Source of the DNA: the human T2T-CHM13v2.0 reference genome, Homo sapiens
Reading direction: 5' to 3' (one strand)
Assembly: GCF_009914755.1 (NCBI RefSeq)
Contig: NC_060928.1
DNA: 64,000 nucleotides
Positions 1 through 16,073 of the stretch are shown one piece after another. The notes under the pieces were generated by a model. The model did not search any database. It worked only from the letters and a program-made list of their open reading frames with translations, and had not been told where the DNA came from. Position numbers and translations under genes: made by a program. The stretch's first letter is position 1; each line of letters opens with the position of its first letter.

Positions 1-2582
1 GTTTTTGCTTTACTGTTTTTTCCTTCTGTTATATCCCCCTTTTTATATAAGATATAATAAAAATGCAGTCACAAAAAGTAAACCACAGTAAGTCAGATGA
101 AATGTTTGGGCTCTGTGACATATATGGAAACCATATTTATACAGACACATTAGTGACTCATTTAGGAAAAGAAAGGTACCTGAAGCTCTCTGGGAAAGGG
201 TAAGATAATTCTGGTGTCTTTGAGTGTGTGGGCTGCCACATTCATTCAACTGCTATTCTAGGGCTGGGCTGCAGGTTCTTGGCTAGTGGCCAGGAACACC
301 AACACAAACAGGACATGGACTCTATCCTTGCAGCTCATAACCAGCAGAGGAGATAGCCCTGTGTTAAGCAGTGAGCTTTTAAAACCCTGTGCTGGGCTGA
401 AGAGATGTGTAGGAGCATAGGTATGGGGAGAAAGCCAATGGCATTCAATCTCAATCTGATCTTTAAGAGTTCTAAGTTCGCTTGAATTTATCTTTGCAAG
501 GGAAATCAGAATGTTAGAGAATTGTGTTGGGAATGTGTCACCACATGCCAGGCTAGTGGCTCTGCAGTTCCTGAGCAATGTTTTGTAGTAGTGACTAAAC
601 CCTGCTCTGAGGAAGTGGTGACATTAGGAGATGCAACGGAGAGTAAAAGTAGTTGGAACCTTTCTTCCTGAACTTGCAGAGTCTCTCTCTCTGGTTCTGT
701 CTTTGCTGACTGAGAGATGGTGGTGTTTCCCAAGGAAGTAGTTGGCCTGAAAGTCAAAAGGATGAAAAGGATTGGGGAGTGACTCTCAGAGTTGCCTCAA
801 AAGCCAGTCATAATAGTTAATTTTGAATTAGGTAGAAACTCTGGTCAGTTGTACAACATAAGTACATGACGTTTTATTCAACAGCTATAGAGATTTCTTT
901 AAAAATATGTGTTTTTAATTGACAAATAAAAATTGTATATATTAAGGTGTATAACATGATATAATGATTTATTTATTGCCAAAATAATGGCCTAGTGTCT
1001 TAAGGTTAACTTTTCAATCTCTATAAAAAGTAAAGGAGAAAGCCCGTTGAACTGTAAAATTTTCCAGCTTTCCTTGAAGTCACAATATATAAAGTGCTTC
1101 ACTGAATTTAATGTTGAAGGTAGAATCCCTGTTTTATATGCAGTCTTATGCCTTGAATAACTTCCTATAAGTGTATGTTGGTTTGGGGAAAATGCATTTA
1201 AGTTTGGTTTATTTTATAAAGAGCCCAGAGGTTTTTCTATTTTATTACCATTTACATGAATTTAAGTTCTCTATCTTTCATCAGGTATCTTTATGTTACT
1301 TGGTGGAAAACTGTATTAACATTATTCATAAAATATTACTGAACAAACATAACATTTTCAAAAACAGCCATAAATAATGCCTCAAGTGATTCAAATAAGC
1401 TTCGATAGAATTCACGTTGTTTATATTTGTTTGTTCCAAGAAGCATTTGAGATAGGAATTTATAGTTTTAATGAACAAAGTTCTAAGACATAATCAGCTG
1501 CTTTCTCAAAGCTATCTGGCTTAGGAGTGTATGTCATGTATGATGTTAAAACTGGAATAGTCTGCAACCCAGAAAAAAATACACAATCTGGGATTGCTAA
1601 TCTTTTACGAGAGAGGTCTCATCTAGCTTAATACTGTAAATTGTCTACCTTTAAACATTAATGCTAATGGAATTTATAGTTTAACTTTAAATCAAAATAT
1701 GCAATTTCAGATTACTTGGGATATTATTATATTTCAATTTTAGGTATTTTGGAAAAGGCCTTTTAAAGTACCAACTATTTATAAACACTAACCAGTTTAT
1801 ACTAATTGGTATTACATTATTTCCTAATTTTGAATCTGCATCTGTATAATGGTCAGTTAGAATTATAAAGCAGAATACTTTTTTATATTCTTTCATGTTG
1901 GCCTCTGAGCTCACCCAATAACTTTTCTATTGTTTACCTTCTAATTAACTATCTCTTGTTCTAGGGAATATGACCTTTCAGCTACAACTTTATAAAATTA
2001 TTTTCATTAGCTTTAATGCCTTATTTCTTCTCTAATAAACCTGAATCAGGAGCTCTTCATTAAGATCTTATTTAATTGGTTTCAGTCCTGGTGGAAATCC
2101 CCCCACCCCCATAGTCTCCTCTTGTTCCATTCAGATGCCTTAAGTAGTGACTAGAACCTAATGGGTGATTCTTCCATGAATTTATTTTCCTTTTCATGTG
2201 GCTTATTCTGACTGTGTGATTGCCACAAGAAATAAAAGTATAAGATCAACCATAATATGCCAATGGCCAATCATTTAGCATAGCCCCTTATTTGAGAATG
2301 TGATAGGGGTAGGACAGAAGAAACTAAGGACCAAGGAGATTGCATTAATTCTCATCAAGTGGCAGAGTCAGGGTTAGAACCTGGATTTTAGGATTCTAAG
2401 ATGTTACAATGTACATTTGACCTGAGTTTAATTTGCTTCTGAGATTAGCAAGGGCATGTTGTAGGGGCCATGGTTATTGAATAAACTTTTGTTATTGATT
2501 AATAGTAAATTCACATGGATGTGTTATCCACAAATTATCTACATCAAGCTAAATAAAAATACCAAGTTAAAAAAAAACTCTT

Positions 2583-2941
<359 letters not shown>

Positions 2942-4102
2942 TCACGGTGGTGTTCTGAGCACTAGATCATATGATGGTTAGTACATTCTTTATCAATAAA
3001 TTACCTTACCCTATTTCTTTTCTTTCTGTGAGACATGGGATTTTTATTTACCTTTTTAAACTTTCTTTGGTGAGGTCACTAACATATCTTTTATTTCTTT
3101 CGTTTTATATGATGATATATTTTTAATATGGCCAAGAGTCTTAGAAATCTGTAAAGTAATGGTGTTACACTGAGAAAACTACAACCCAAGATTGCAAAAT
3201 TACTGACCCAGGATTAATCATGACTTGTTTGTGGCCAAACTGAGAGAGAGATTCTTGGATTCTTGTTTTGTGACTTCTGATCCAGGGCTTTGTCATGGCA
3301 CTATCAGTTTTTAAACTTCTTTAGCCATGGAACCCAGATTTCAGATGAGATTTTGGGTAACCCCTCTAAAATAGAAGGAAAAGCAGAGCTCCTCAAGTTG
3401 AAAGGAGGTGGAGGCCTGAAGACACATGCACATGGCCTCCCCAAGACTCTCTGTACTGTAACATACTACTCTCCTCCACATAGTTCACAACACAGATGAA
3501 GGGTGTACTCCTTCTCTCCTCCTCCAAATATGGTCTAGTTCTTTTCTGGAGCATTTCTGTCCCCTATATCTGAAATGAACGTAATTGGAAAGATTGGAGG
3601 AGTTACCGACCCAGCCTGGGAATTACATTTATAAATGAAATGCCAGTCTTCCCAGTTGATTCTGGAACATTTTTCCTGTGTGTCAAGAGGAAGCAGTGGG
3701 GAGATGTTGCTATGAGAATCCACTGATGTCTGATGTTGGTTCTTCTGACATAGCAGGGCTGTGCTATCCCATTTCCTTTTCTTTGCTGTAAGAATTCACC
3801 CTGAAGCTGTGTGCTCATTTGCGACGCTTTTCCCAAAGAGGGGTAGAACAGCCTGCCGAGTCAGAGCTACCAAAGTACCAAATGCTGGCTTCACTGCTTA
3901 CTAGTTGGTGACCTTGGGCAATTCACTTGATATCTCTGTGCTCATCTGTAAAACATGGGTAATAATATTTAACCTCATAGAATTGTGGAGATGATTAAAT
4001 AAGATAATCAAAGCATTTAGAACTGTGGCATTTGGGCAATAGTAAGTACTATATGAGTGTTAGCTATAGCTCTTGTTCTTAAGTCTAGGCTATATAAATT
4101 TA

Positions 4103-4210
4103 TTTTTTTTATATGGAACACTTCGCGAATTTGTGTATTACCCTTGTGCGGGGGCCATGCTAATCTCTGCGTCATTCCAATTTTAGTATATGTGTTGCCG
4201 AATCGAGCAC
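4103..4210 (-). pseudogene. Retroposed U6 snRNA pseudogene
   Basis: Reverse complement reads GTGCTCGATTCGGCAACACATATACTAAAATTGGAATGACGCAGAGATTAGCATGGCCCCCGCACAAGGG...TTCCATAT plus A8, i.e. diverged near-full-length U6. Perfect 16-bp TSD aggctatataaattta at 4087-4102 and 4211-4226. Confidence 0.96.
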
Positions 4211-4734
4211 AGGCTATATAAATTTAAATCATTAATAGGATACATAGTCAAAATTTTTAAACACTTGGAAAATATTCCAATCTAGTGTTGTTAAACTGAA
4301 ATAAAAATATATTTTTGGCAGAGGAAATATAGCATAATAGTAATAAAGCCCAATTAGCTCTGCATGATCACAATGTTGATGAAATTGTTTAAAGTGTATA
4401 TTTGTAAATACTTTTCCAAATAAAAGCTTAAAATAACAACAAAGCCACAATATAATAATCACTTGGGTTTGCAATATAAATTAGATTGTTAAAGGCTTGG
4501 AGAAATTTTCACTTTTACTTAGTTTTGCATGATTTTATCGTAGGTAAGGAAAGCTACACAAAGTGGTCAACCAACATTTCCCAGAAAACTCTTTTTGACA
4601 GTTGATCTTCAAATTAAGGTTTCTGATTGCACTTCGGTAAAAACCTCTGCAAAGAAAGTGTGTATTTAGGCTGTTATCTGTTGAAGAGCAATAATGCCTT
4701 TGATGAGTGCATTCTTATTCTTAAAGTTGCTGCC

Positions 4735-5076
<342 letters not shown>

Positions 5077-8000
5077 TCATAGGATTCTGGAGCCCTATTT
5101 TAGAGTTAGGATTTTCTTTTTCCACTATCCCTTTTGTACCTGCCTTTAGCACCCCTGGATATTTTTCACATTTGAAAGCTTTATGATTATTGAATATTAT
5201 GTTCAAGTAATTTTGTGCATTTTCTTACTATTGACAGCCTTTGAACAAGTCTGATTTGTACTTACAGAACACCATTTTTAAGAGATTTGTGTAATTGTGC
5301 ATGAATATAGGTCAAAAGGTAGAAGTAAAGAATAGTAGCCATACCATGAACATGTTGGGCACAAAGCACCCAAGAGGGGGAGGTTGGTTTCTTAAGAAGC
5401 AGAAAGTTATAAATGGAAATGAGTGTTTCTTTTTAAAAGGGAATTTAGGAGAGAGGGGACACTAGGTTTTGTAACCCAACTGGGTAGTGAGTGCTGTATT
5501 TGAAAGTTCATTTCTAGGTCCAGTAGCACATACCAGGGAGTTGTAGCAGGAAAGGTTTGTTGGAGGATATGACATCTGCTGAGACCTGAAGCACGAGAGC
5601 CAAGTGTGTAAGCAAGTCGATGGGATTGGGAAGAAGTTTAGGCTGCTAAAAAATTTTTACATAAAGCTTGATAAGAGGGGATATTGCATGTGAAATAAAC
5701 AGAAATTCAGTAAATATGGTGGAAGTGCAGGATTTAGGGGATGGAAAAAAATACTAGTTTCAAAAATTGAGGCTAGAAGTGAAGGTAGGGGCCAGATTAT
5801 GAAAAGCCTTGTAAGCAATGCTAAGAAACAATAGATGTCAGAAGGACATGCCACCATCTAAAAAGCAGTCTTGAGAACAAGTAATTGGATAAAGGTGACC
5901 TGACTAGGTATTTGTTTTTTTAAGTAAATTGTGTTAATTTTGTTAGGTGTAAAAATGGCATTAGGGTCATGTTGGGGAAAAAAGAATCTCTTTCTTACAG
6001 ATGAAATTACATGGTCTCTGAGACTGCTTCCAAAAATACAGAGTAGAGGACAGATTAAAAAAAAAAGATTTCCTGTGATAATTGTTATGGCTAATGGGGT
6101 TCACTGTAGTATTTTCTACTTTCATTATGTTTGAGATTTTCTATTATAAATTTTTTCTTAAGTCAAAATAAGCAATGGACTTTTGGGTCATAGGGAGCCA
6201 TTTAAGGTCTTTAACGAGGTCAGTAAAGCAGGAAATAGATTAGGAACAAAACCAGAGAGGAAGGGAGTGCTGCATTAAATACCATGATTGTGGAGCTGTC
6301 AGTTTTTCCTTGTGTAGGAATGTCCATGATTTTATATCTTCTTGGTGAGCTGTTCTCTATTATCTATTTTCTCAATACTTTTACGTTGTACTCTAGTTGT
6401 AAAAGTACTGGTGATGCCTGCTATTCCTAATAACTATATCAGCCTTTTATTTACAAAATAATCTTGTATGTAGCTTTTTAGTGGATGGATTGGATCCATT
6501 TAAATATTGTTGTGGCTGTTGATTTGTTTGGACTTATGTCTGTCCTCTGTAAGTAAGAGATGTCTGTGAAAAGAAAGCAGAGGTAAATAGATGGGAGATT
6601 AAAATGGACAGGATTTGTAGTGATTTTCAGGTGAGCAGGGGAGGGAGTTTGAAGTCGGGTAATAGCCAACATTTATTTACTCCGAGTAGCTGATTGGATG
6701 GTGGTACCGTTTACTGTGATAAGAAATGGAAGAGGAGGTGCGTGAGTGGAAGGAAATGTCAAGTGTGTTTTGGTACATGAGTTGTAAGCATCTGCTTTTT
6801 CTTTGTTCTTAGAGCTATGAACTCTTAGATGGAATTCATTCCTTTCCTTTAAAGATACCCGCCATTAACCCATAATCACTTTTGCCAATTTTAAGATTTC
6901 CTCTAAAGTATAGATGCACGTTAACCAGAATGTCATTTTTGGTTTCGTTTGGTTTGGTATAAGCTTTGGAAATGGGCTCCCAATGTCCTATGCTTATTGA
7001 TGCAGATTATGCTGTAAGAGATAATTTTAGAAACAATAAAAACAAAAACTCATTTTCTAGGCTGCTTCTTTGTTTCATGGTAAGCAAAGAAGTATAATTC
7101 TTTGATATTTTTAAATATAAATTTTTGATAGCATGTTTATATTTTAAAAAGCAATTTAAAGTGATTATTTATAGGCAAGCACTTTTATTTATATAGAGTC
7201 ATCAATGACAATTAGATTTAATGGAAATAAGATTAACTATAAAATTACATCTTTTAGCTTCCTAATGCTAATTGAACATTGAGTTTGTAATGTTTCCTGA
7301 CTACCTCTTGGCATTATGTTCAGGTTTAGAGACAGCGATTTTAATCATCCTGTGTTTTTCTAAGCCCATTTCACCCTTTAGAAAACAGTTTTGATCATAG
7401 TTCACTCCCATGGATAGACCAGTGCCAAACCAAATAGGATAAGTACTTGGCTGATTTTCTATTCACTGCTGATAGGCGGAGCTTGGCATTTTAAAAGGCT
7501 ATTAACAGAGAGAGAGAGACTATTTTACTTATTTCTGATTTTATTTTCAGTTTTTATCTATATACCCTAGACGTTTTAAAAATTCCTGTTAAGTTATATA
7601 TAACCAGTCTTTTTCCCATTTTATTTCTGTCATTTGAATTTACTTTTCACTTTTACATCTACCTGGCATATGGTTTCACTAAACTTCAAATGTTATTTCA
7701 GGCTGTTTTCTAATTTGTAAAAGTTTTTATCTCTCATTGTTCTTTTTAAGTGACTTCTGCTTGGGAAGAGGGGAAAAAGCAGTTACTGAATCAAAAATGC
7801 CTTGAGGACGGGAGCCAGCTTTCTCTTCTGCCGCCTTCCTTAGCACTTAGGACCCAATTCTGCACAGAACAGGAGGACGTAAATAATTCTGTCTTTGTTG
7901 GCTGTCTGTTTACTTTACCTTCTAGGCTATCAGCAATAGTATTAACCATTGCTACATATTTAACCGGCAAGTACTGGTATCTTGAGTTTGGTCACTGTTT

Positions 8001-8744
8001 TTCATTCAACCCAGGGTACAGTTTTAAAAGTTTTCTATACCTGTAGTTTCTATCCCGTTTACTCAAGATAAAATTTAAAAACGTCTGCATTGAAGGTCAA
8101 ATTCTGAGTTCTTGTTAGATATTTGATAGCTTTAACTTTTATGTCTCCACATAATGCTTTTGTTTTTATTCTTCCTCTGCTTATAATATTGCATCTTTAG
8201 CCTTTTTTAAAAAGCCTAATATGCGTTAAACACTTATTTTAAAAAAACAGCACTGGGATGATCAATTAAATAAAAGTCCATCATGACCAGTGTAATTAGA
8301 ATACTATACACATGCTATTTTGATCTATTATAAATAGAAAAGAACTCAAAGGCAAAAATCCATAATTGAGTAAGTATGGGAGCATCTTCAGAGGAATCTT
8401 TTTAGTTTTAGAAAGTTATATTAGTACAGGTTTCTAGAGGGCATTTACTGTAATTGGATCTCAGTAGGTTGGAACATAGATGTTCCTGATGTTCTTTTGA
8501 CTTGATGTTGCACTGATTTTTCTTTCTGACAATGGTTGTTCATTTAAAATTTTAAATTGAGTGTTATCTCATAACACTCAAATTGAGTGTTTAAATTGAG
8601 TGTTATCTCATAAGCCTGGTGAGCCTAATTGAATAGCCACCCTTTAACGTCCCATCCTGCTTTGTCTTCGTAGCACTTTTAATCTTTCATTATTATTGTC
8701 TTACATTAGCAGAATTCAAGCTCCATGAGGGAAGCGACTTTTTA

Positions 8745-8988
<244 letters not shown>

Positions 8989-11474
8989 AACAACCTTTGT
9001 CTTTTTAGGCAGTAAAATTAAAACATGCTGCTTATTTATTTTTTCAGTGCAAAAAAAGATAAAAAGTGAAGTAAATGTTCCATGTAGTATCACCCTTCCA
9101 GTAACCATGTAATTTATATAACACAATTTTCTTTATATAATATACATTTATTTATAATGTAACTAGTCCCATTTTGATGGACAGTGTGGTTCTGGTTTTT
9201 CAGTCTTACAGATCCAGAATCACTTATCCACAATTTCAAAATCTGAACAGTAGTAGAATTACTATGTCAAAAGATAAAAGCATTTCTAAAGCTCATCATA
9301 TATTTACAAAGAGATTCTCAAAAGAATGGTACCAATTTATGATTCTACCAGCAGCTCACTGCAGTTTTTATGCTCCGTTCTGATTACAGCTTAAATTACA
9401 TTTTAATGGGATTTGTTTCAAAATAACTTTCCAGTGTTCCTTATCCATGAATTAGAATAGGGTAGAAGCTTGTGTGCTAATTTGTCAATGAGACATTCTG
9501 TAGGAAGTTCTTATTATTGGTAATTTGGAAATATTTAGTCACAAGAACTCTTTTGCCTACGATTTGTCAGAGAAGGTATAGGGGAAATCAGCTTCAAATA
9601 GGAAGTAAAGAAATGAGTTCTGGCTTACCTCAGATTTACCTTCTACTTCTGTTTCTCTACTCCCTGCAGAAGTAGATATCACAGCAAAAGTTCTTCTCTG
9701 TTACCCATGTTTTCTCAGGGTTTAGATTTCTGAAATCACTTGCCTTCATATACATACGAGGGATATGAAAAGAATGTGAAAATGAAAAACTGACTTAATG
9801 TGCAAAGAAAGACGAGCATCAAGGCCCCAGATGAAAGCCTTGATTATATAAATAATCAAAATTATATTTTATATATTATTAATCTAAAATTTATTATATA
9901 CTTATGCTGTGTTTATTTGCATACAATAATGAACTGTTCCTGAGAGAGTATCTGACTTTTTCACATGGTAAATTAGTTTTAATTGTGGTTCTGTATACGA
10001 TTTACTGTTGCCACAGTCGAAATATTTCAGTTCAGTCTGTAGAATTTTAATATCACGTTGCTGTGTAAGAGCACCTGCCCACAGTTCCCACCACAATTTG
10101 GATTTTCATCCAAATACTCAGGATTTTAATGGCAAGGATTGATCCCCCTGTAAGTTTTACTTTTACAGAACATGTCTTACTTTGGGCTCCTAAGAACTAT
10201 TTAAGTGCAGCTGCAGTGTCTACCTTCACTTTTCCACATTTTTATTCTCTTTTAAGGCTTTATTGCAGAAACTCTTACTCTTGTTCAGCTATTCCTTTTC
10301 TTTTCCAAACTCATTTCTCTCTTCTGATCACCTTCCGAAGGGACAGCTTGGATACATTGGAACTAAATTTCTTGTTTTATAATATATCTAAAAGAAATAC
10401 AAAATAAGAGCTGTATACTGTGTTCTAGGTTTCTGCGAAAGAAAAACAGGCAGTTCACTAGGGATCACAGCATAATTAATGGTGTACAAATAGACACTCC
10501 ACAATCATTATTGTGCCAGCAGCCACCAAAGCTTTGTGATGGAATGTTCAAGCTCTGTACAGGGGGCATTACTTTAGTAGAGTAGGCAACAAAAGACACA
10601 TTTGTTTATTAGAAACTTTGCTTTGCAACTTTGTGAACCAGCACAGTTGGTCACAAATGGAAATAAAAGTCTTGAGTGAGCTGTTCTGCCTTTTTTAAGA
10701 GAGAAATGCGTCATTCCCTGAAGGTTGCTGGATTAGTTTACTTGCTCTAGAGCTAGCAACATAGGGATTTAGTTCTAAAGAACCTTATTTTTCCCTAGAA
10801 GACTATGTCTGTTGGTAGCCATTCTGAATATACTAAACCACTAATGTTATCTAAAACAGTACTTAAGTACTATGATGAATAAACCAAATTTATTTCCAAG
10901 TGATTTTTTTAAGTATACAAACTTTCTAGTGAACATTTTGGAAATTTACATTTTATGGCAGTTTCTTCATTTCCTTGATTTATTAGAATAAATGAAAATT
11001 CAATAGATAAATATTGTATATTTTAAGTATCAATATCATTGTCACTTGCATTCCTTAAAATTGTTTAAATGGCATTGTTAGATTCATGATTTTAATCTTT
11101 TAGGTAAATTTCATGTCTTAGGTTATTCTCTTCGTGTCTCTACCTCATGTCTTCAGTGAAGGGTTGGGTTGAGATATCTGCGTCCCTCTTCCTAGAGCCA
11201 AATTTGAAGAACATAAATCATCATTATTAGGTTATTTGCAGAAGCCAATCTCTGAAGCCTATGATTGGAAGCACTGGTCAAATAAGTGCTTTTGAGAGAC
11301 AATTATTTATTTAAAAGCAACATAACAGTTTAAGTTCTAGGAGAACCTACAGCCTATTACAACAACCTTAATAGCTTTAGAGAAGGTTTACCTTTTTACA
11401 GTTTCATACCACTTGAAAGCAGTGGCTTATTTAGTCACTCATGCAAAAGCAACTCTGGAAAAACAGCCCTGCAT

Positions 11475-11974
11475 AAATCGTTCTGTTATAAAGACACATG
11501 CACATGTCTGTTCATTGTAGCCCTATTCACAATAGCAAAGACACAGAATAACCTAAGTGGCCATTGATGATAGACTGGATAAAGAAGATATGGTACATAT
11601 ATACCATGGAATACTATGCAGCCATAAAAAAGAATGAGATCATGTCCTGTGCAGGGACATGGATGGAGTTGGAGGCCATTATCCTTAGCAAACTAATGCA
11701 GGAACAGAAAAACAAATACCATGTGTTCTTACTTATAAGTGGAAGCTAAATATTGAGAACACATGGACACATAGAGGGAAACAAAATACACTGCTGCCCA
11801 CCTACCGAAGGGTGGAGGGTGGGAGGAGGGAGAACATCAGGAAGAATAGCTGATGGATGCTGGGCTTAATACCTGGGTGATGAAATAATCTGTACAGCAA
11901 ACCCCCATGACACACATATACCTGTGTAACAAGCCTGCATCTGTACCCCTGAACTTAAAAGTTAACAAAGAAAA
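11475..11974 (+). mobile_element. 5'-truncated L1 (old L1PA/L1PB 3' end) with 17-bp TSD
   Basis: ORF2 C-terminus (WYIYTMEYYAAIKKNE) and 3'UTR; TSD gaaaaacagcc(c/t)tgcat at 11458-11474 and 11975-11991. Confidence 0.92.
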
Positions 11975-13315
11975 GAAAAACAGCCTTGCATTTTTAAATG
12001 GAAGCAGAAAATAGTATAGACTGTATATGAATGGTCTACATTGTTTATTACTTCATTTGTGGAACATTTTTGTGGTTGGCATAAGAGAATGAAAAATAGA
12101 GGATTTACAGTCCTTTCTGGTTCTTCTGTGTTGTCTCCCTTTCTCTATTTTTTCCTTTCCTTTTAATGAAGACCCTGCTCTACCTTGAAGAATCCAGGTG
12201 GACTGAAGCATAGGACTTCAGGACACTAGGAGCTTTCTAGCCCTCATGCTCCCCACTCCACAATGCCCCATACTAAGGCCTGGTAAATTGCAGCAAGTGA
12301 TGGAAATAAACTGTTCAAAGTACAGATTCTAGAACCAACCTTCTCCTTAATAATTTTTCAGTGCCCAATTCCTGCTTCTAGGAAATGTGCCCCTAAACCT
12401 CTCAGGCTGTATTAAGCTATTTCTTGAACTCATTTTGTTAGCACAGAGCACAAAGCACAAATGTAATAACCAGTAACCCATTATATTTTAAATAAATATC
12501 AATGTCTAATTCTAGACATTAGACTCCTACAAGGAAATGATATTGAAGTGTATCTAGGTGCCATTTCTGCAGCAGCACAGGGATTGAGTAAACTTCCTGT
12601 TCTTAGGCATGTGCCATCCGCTATAACCACCAAATGTTCTAGCCACAGCACCTGGTTAAATGTTTCTCCTCAAGTCTCTGCCTTTATCTCCATACAGAGC
12701 AGGATTATCTAACTCACTTCTATAGATTTTTGCTTAAAGGTAACTTTGCTTAAATCTCAAAACAGAGAGGTAATATCTCTTCCATTGCACTAGTAAACAG
12801 CAAGCAATGTTTCAAGAAGTCATTTTTAAATACCCGTTTCAGTCGCCTGTTTTTATTATGCTTTGCAACATTGTTTTGAAATGGTATGAAATATATACAC
12901 TGGTCTCCATGTGGTAGAGGGAGCAATCAATATGTGGATTTCTAAAATAATCTGAAGGTCACAGAATACAAGAGCTGTATTAAAATAGAGAGTTATAAAG
13001 TTATTTTCAGAGAACTATTCTTTTTTTTCATTTCATTTTTTATCCTGAGTTTTCTACAACAAGATTATGTTTCCAAATCTAGGAAATTTTTTGTGGTAGA
13101 CAAGGAAATATACTGTTGACTTTGATTATGATCTATTTACTTAGAAGGAGATCTCTAGTTTCATTTAGAGAGTGTTATGTGGTTTGGGGAATATAATGTT
13201 AAACTACTAGACTCAGGTTTTGCTTTTCCTTCTTCCCTGGACTAGCCATTATTCTTAGGAGAAAATATTAACTCCAATATAAGTCTTAAATATCTTATTT
13301 TAAAACTATTAAATG

Positions 13316-13592
13316 GGACTGGGTGTGGTGGCTCACACCCATAATCCCAGCATTTTAGGAGGCTGACTTGGGAGAATCACTTGAGGCTAGGAGTATGAGA
13401 CCAGCCTGGGGAACATAGCAAGACCCATATTTCTAAAAAAAAAAAATTATTTAAAAAATTAGCTGGCATGGTGGTGTTCACCTGCAGTCCTAGCTACTCA
13501 GGATGCTGTGGCAGGAAGATTCCTTGAGCCTAGGAGTTTACTGCAGCCTGGATGTCAGAAAGATATCCTGTCTAAACAAAACAAAACAAAAA
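13316..13592 (+). mobile_element. Alu (AluJ-like, diverged)
   Basis: Dimeric Alu with an internal deletion in the right arm and an (AAAAC)n tail. Confidence 0.88.
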
Positions 13593-14002
13593 TGACTAAA
13601 TGGGATGTTTTTTAAGTTTTTCAACACCTCTCACTTCAATAGGTAATCTATGCAGCCTCCTGTTACAGAGTAAATTAAACCCTGAGGTATTAAAACCTAA
13701 GAGAATCAGTTTCTAGGTATATAAATCTTGGGGATATATAAGGAAAGCTAGGAATGTAGAAGCAGATAATTATCACTGTTGTTCAGTTAGGCTGTTATAT
13801 TTAACCTTACTGATAAAGCCCCCAGGGTGTTTGGCCTAAACAAGTGCTGGCTGCTTTTGTTTGACCATTAAACATGGAACAGGTAATGCAAGTTGTATGA
13901 AATGTTTCTAGTGACCACGTGTCTATCTTGTACGAAATGATTCTAGTGACCACATATCTATCCTGTAAAGATTTTTTGTGAATTAGTAAAATGATAGTTT
14001 AG

Positions 14003-14512
<510 letters not shown>

Positions 14513-15749
14513 TCAGCCTTGCTCTTTCTACTAAACACCGAAAACATCTAGGTCAAGAAGGAAGACACTATTTGGGGAGTCCCGTCTTCCCTACCCTACA
14601 GAACCTCTAGATGTGTCAGAAATGGAGCTGGGGAAAAGGGGTTGGGAGCAAGCATAAACCATCATTTGGGAAAAGCTCAAATGCATGATATGCTCCCCAC
14701 TCTCACACCTTAACTTTGAGAACCTCTCATCTAGGGTATATTTGAATGGAAATGTGAAGAATTATTTCAAATATCCCCTAGTCTTTGACCTTGTTTTACA
14801 GTCTTCTTCTGTCTTCAGGGTTTGGGTAGCCCTATCTATCTTTCCATTAACATACCTACCTATCTAGTTAATCTACCTACCTACCTATTTATCTATTCTC
14901 TCCTTTATTTTTTCATTTGTCCATTCATTCACCTTACAGCATTTTCCATATTGTACCGTGGATTATTAAAGCGACTTCCCATGTGACTCCATCTTCTTTT
15001 AAGATTCTCCTTCTGGAGAGCTTTAGCTTCACAATCCCAGGGCTGCAATTTCTCTCTTTCCAAAATATGCTAAGAATCAGATTTAATCATTAAATTTTCC
15101 AGTCACCAACAGAAAGCCTCACAGCTAGGAAATGTCTAAAAAAAGAAGCCAGATTTTAAAATATCCTGTGGAACTTCCAGTTGTATTGAAGGTACTTTAT
15201 TATATCAACGTCATTAAGGCAGAAACAGTTGATACAGGTGAGCAGTCTTCCACCATCCCTGTGTGCTACACTGTGGACTGCAGATCATCCCTGCTTGTGA
15301 GATACTCTCAGTTCTACAGTTTATTGTTTTCAAATTTGTACAGCTAATATTTGCTGTGGGTAAGTACTGTATTCATTTCAACAAGTATTGAATGGTCTAC
15401 CTGGCCATTTTTTTTTTTTTTTTTAGTGAGAAATAGACCGATTTTCCCCCTTTTAATCTAGCTCTTAGTAAATTTTGATGAATTTTGCTAGAAAATCCAT
15501 CTTGTCATTTTATGTTGTTTAATTACAAGTTTTTTAGAGCACAGTTTACACAAATTTTGTTAAACAGTTTGCTTTTCATTAGATAGTTCTTGATCTTGTC
15601 TGTAGAAAATTTAGAAATGTGTGTTATTTCAGAGTCACTGCAAAAGTAGTGCTCAGCTGGTAAGTACAACACTTTAAAGGGATAAGTGAGCCCAGAAGTT
15701 AATAAGAGAGTATGGGATGTTCCTTGGTTTTCTAGTTCTTTAGAAATAA

Positions 15750-16073
<324 letters not shown>

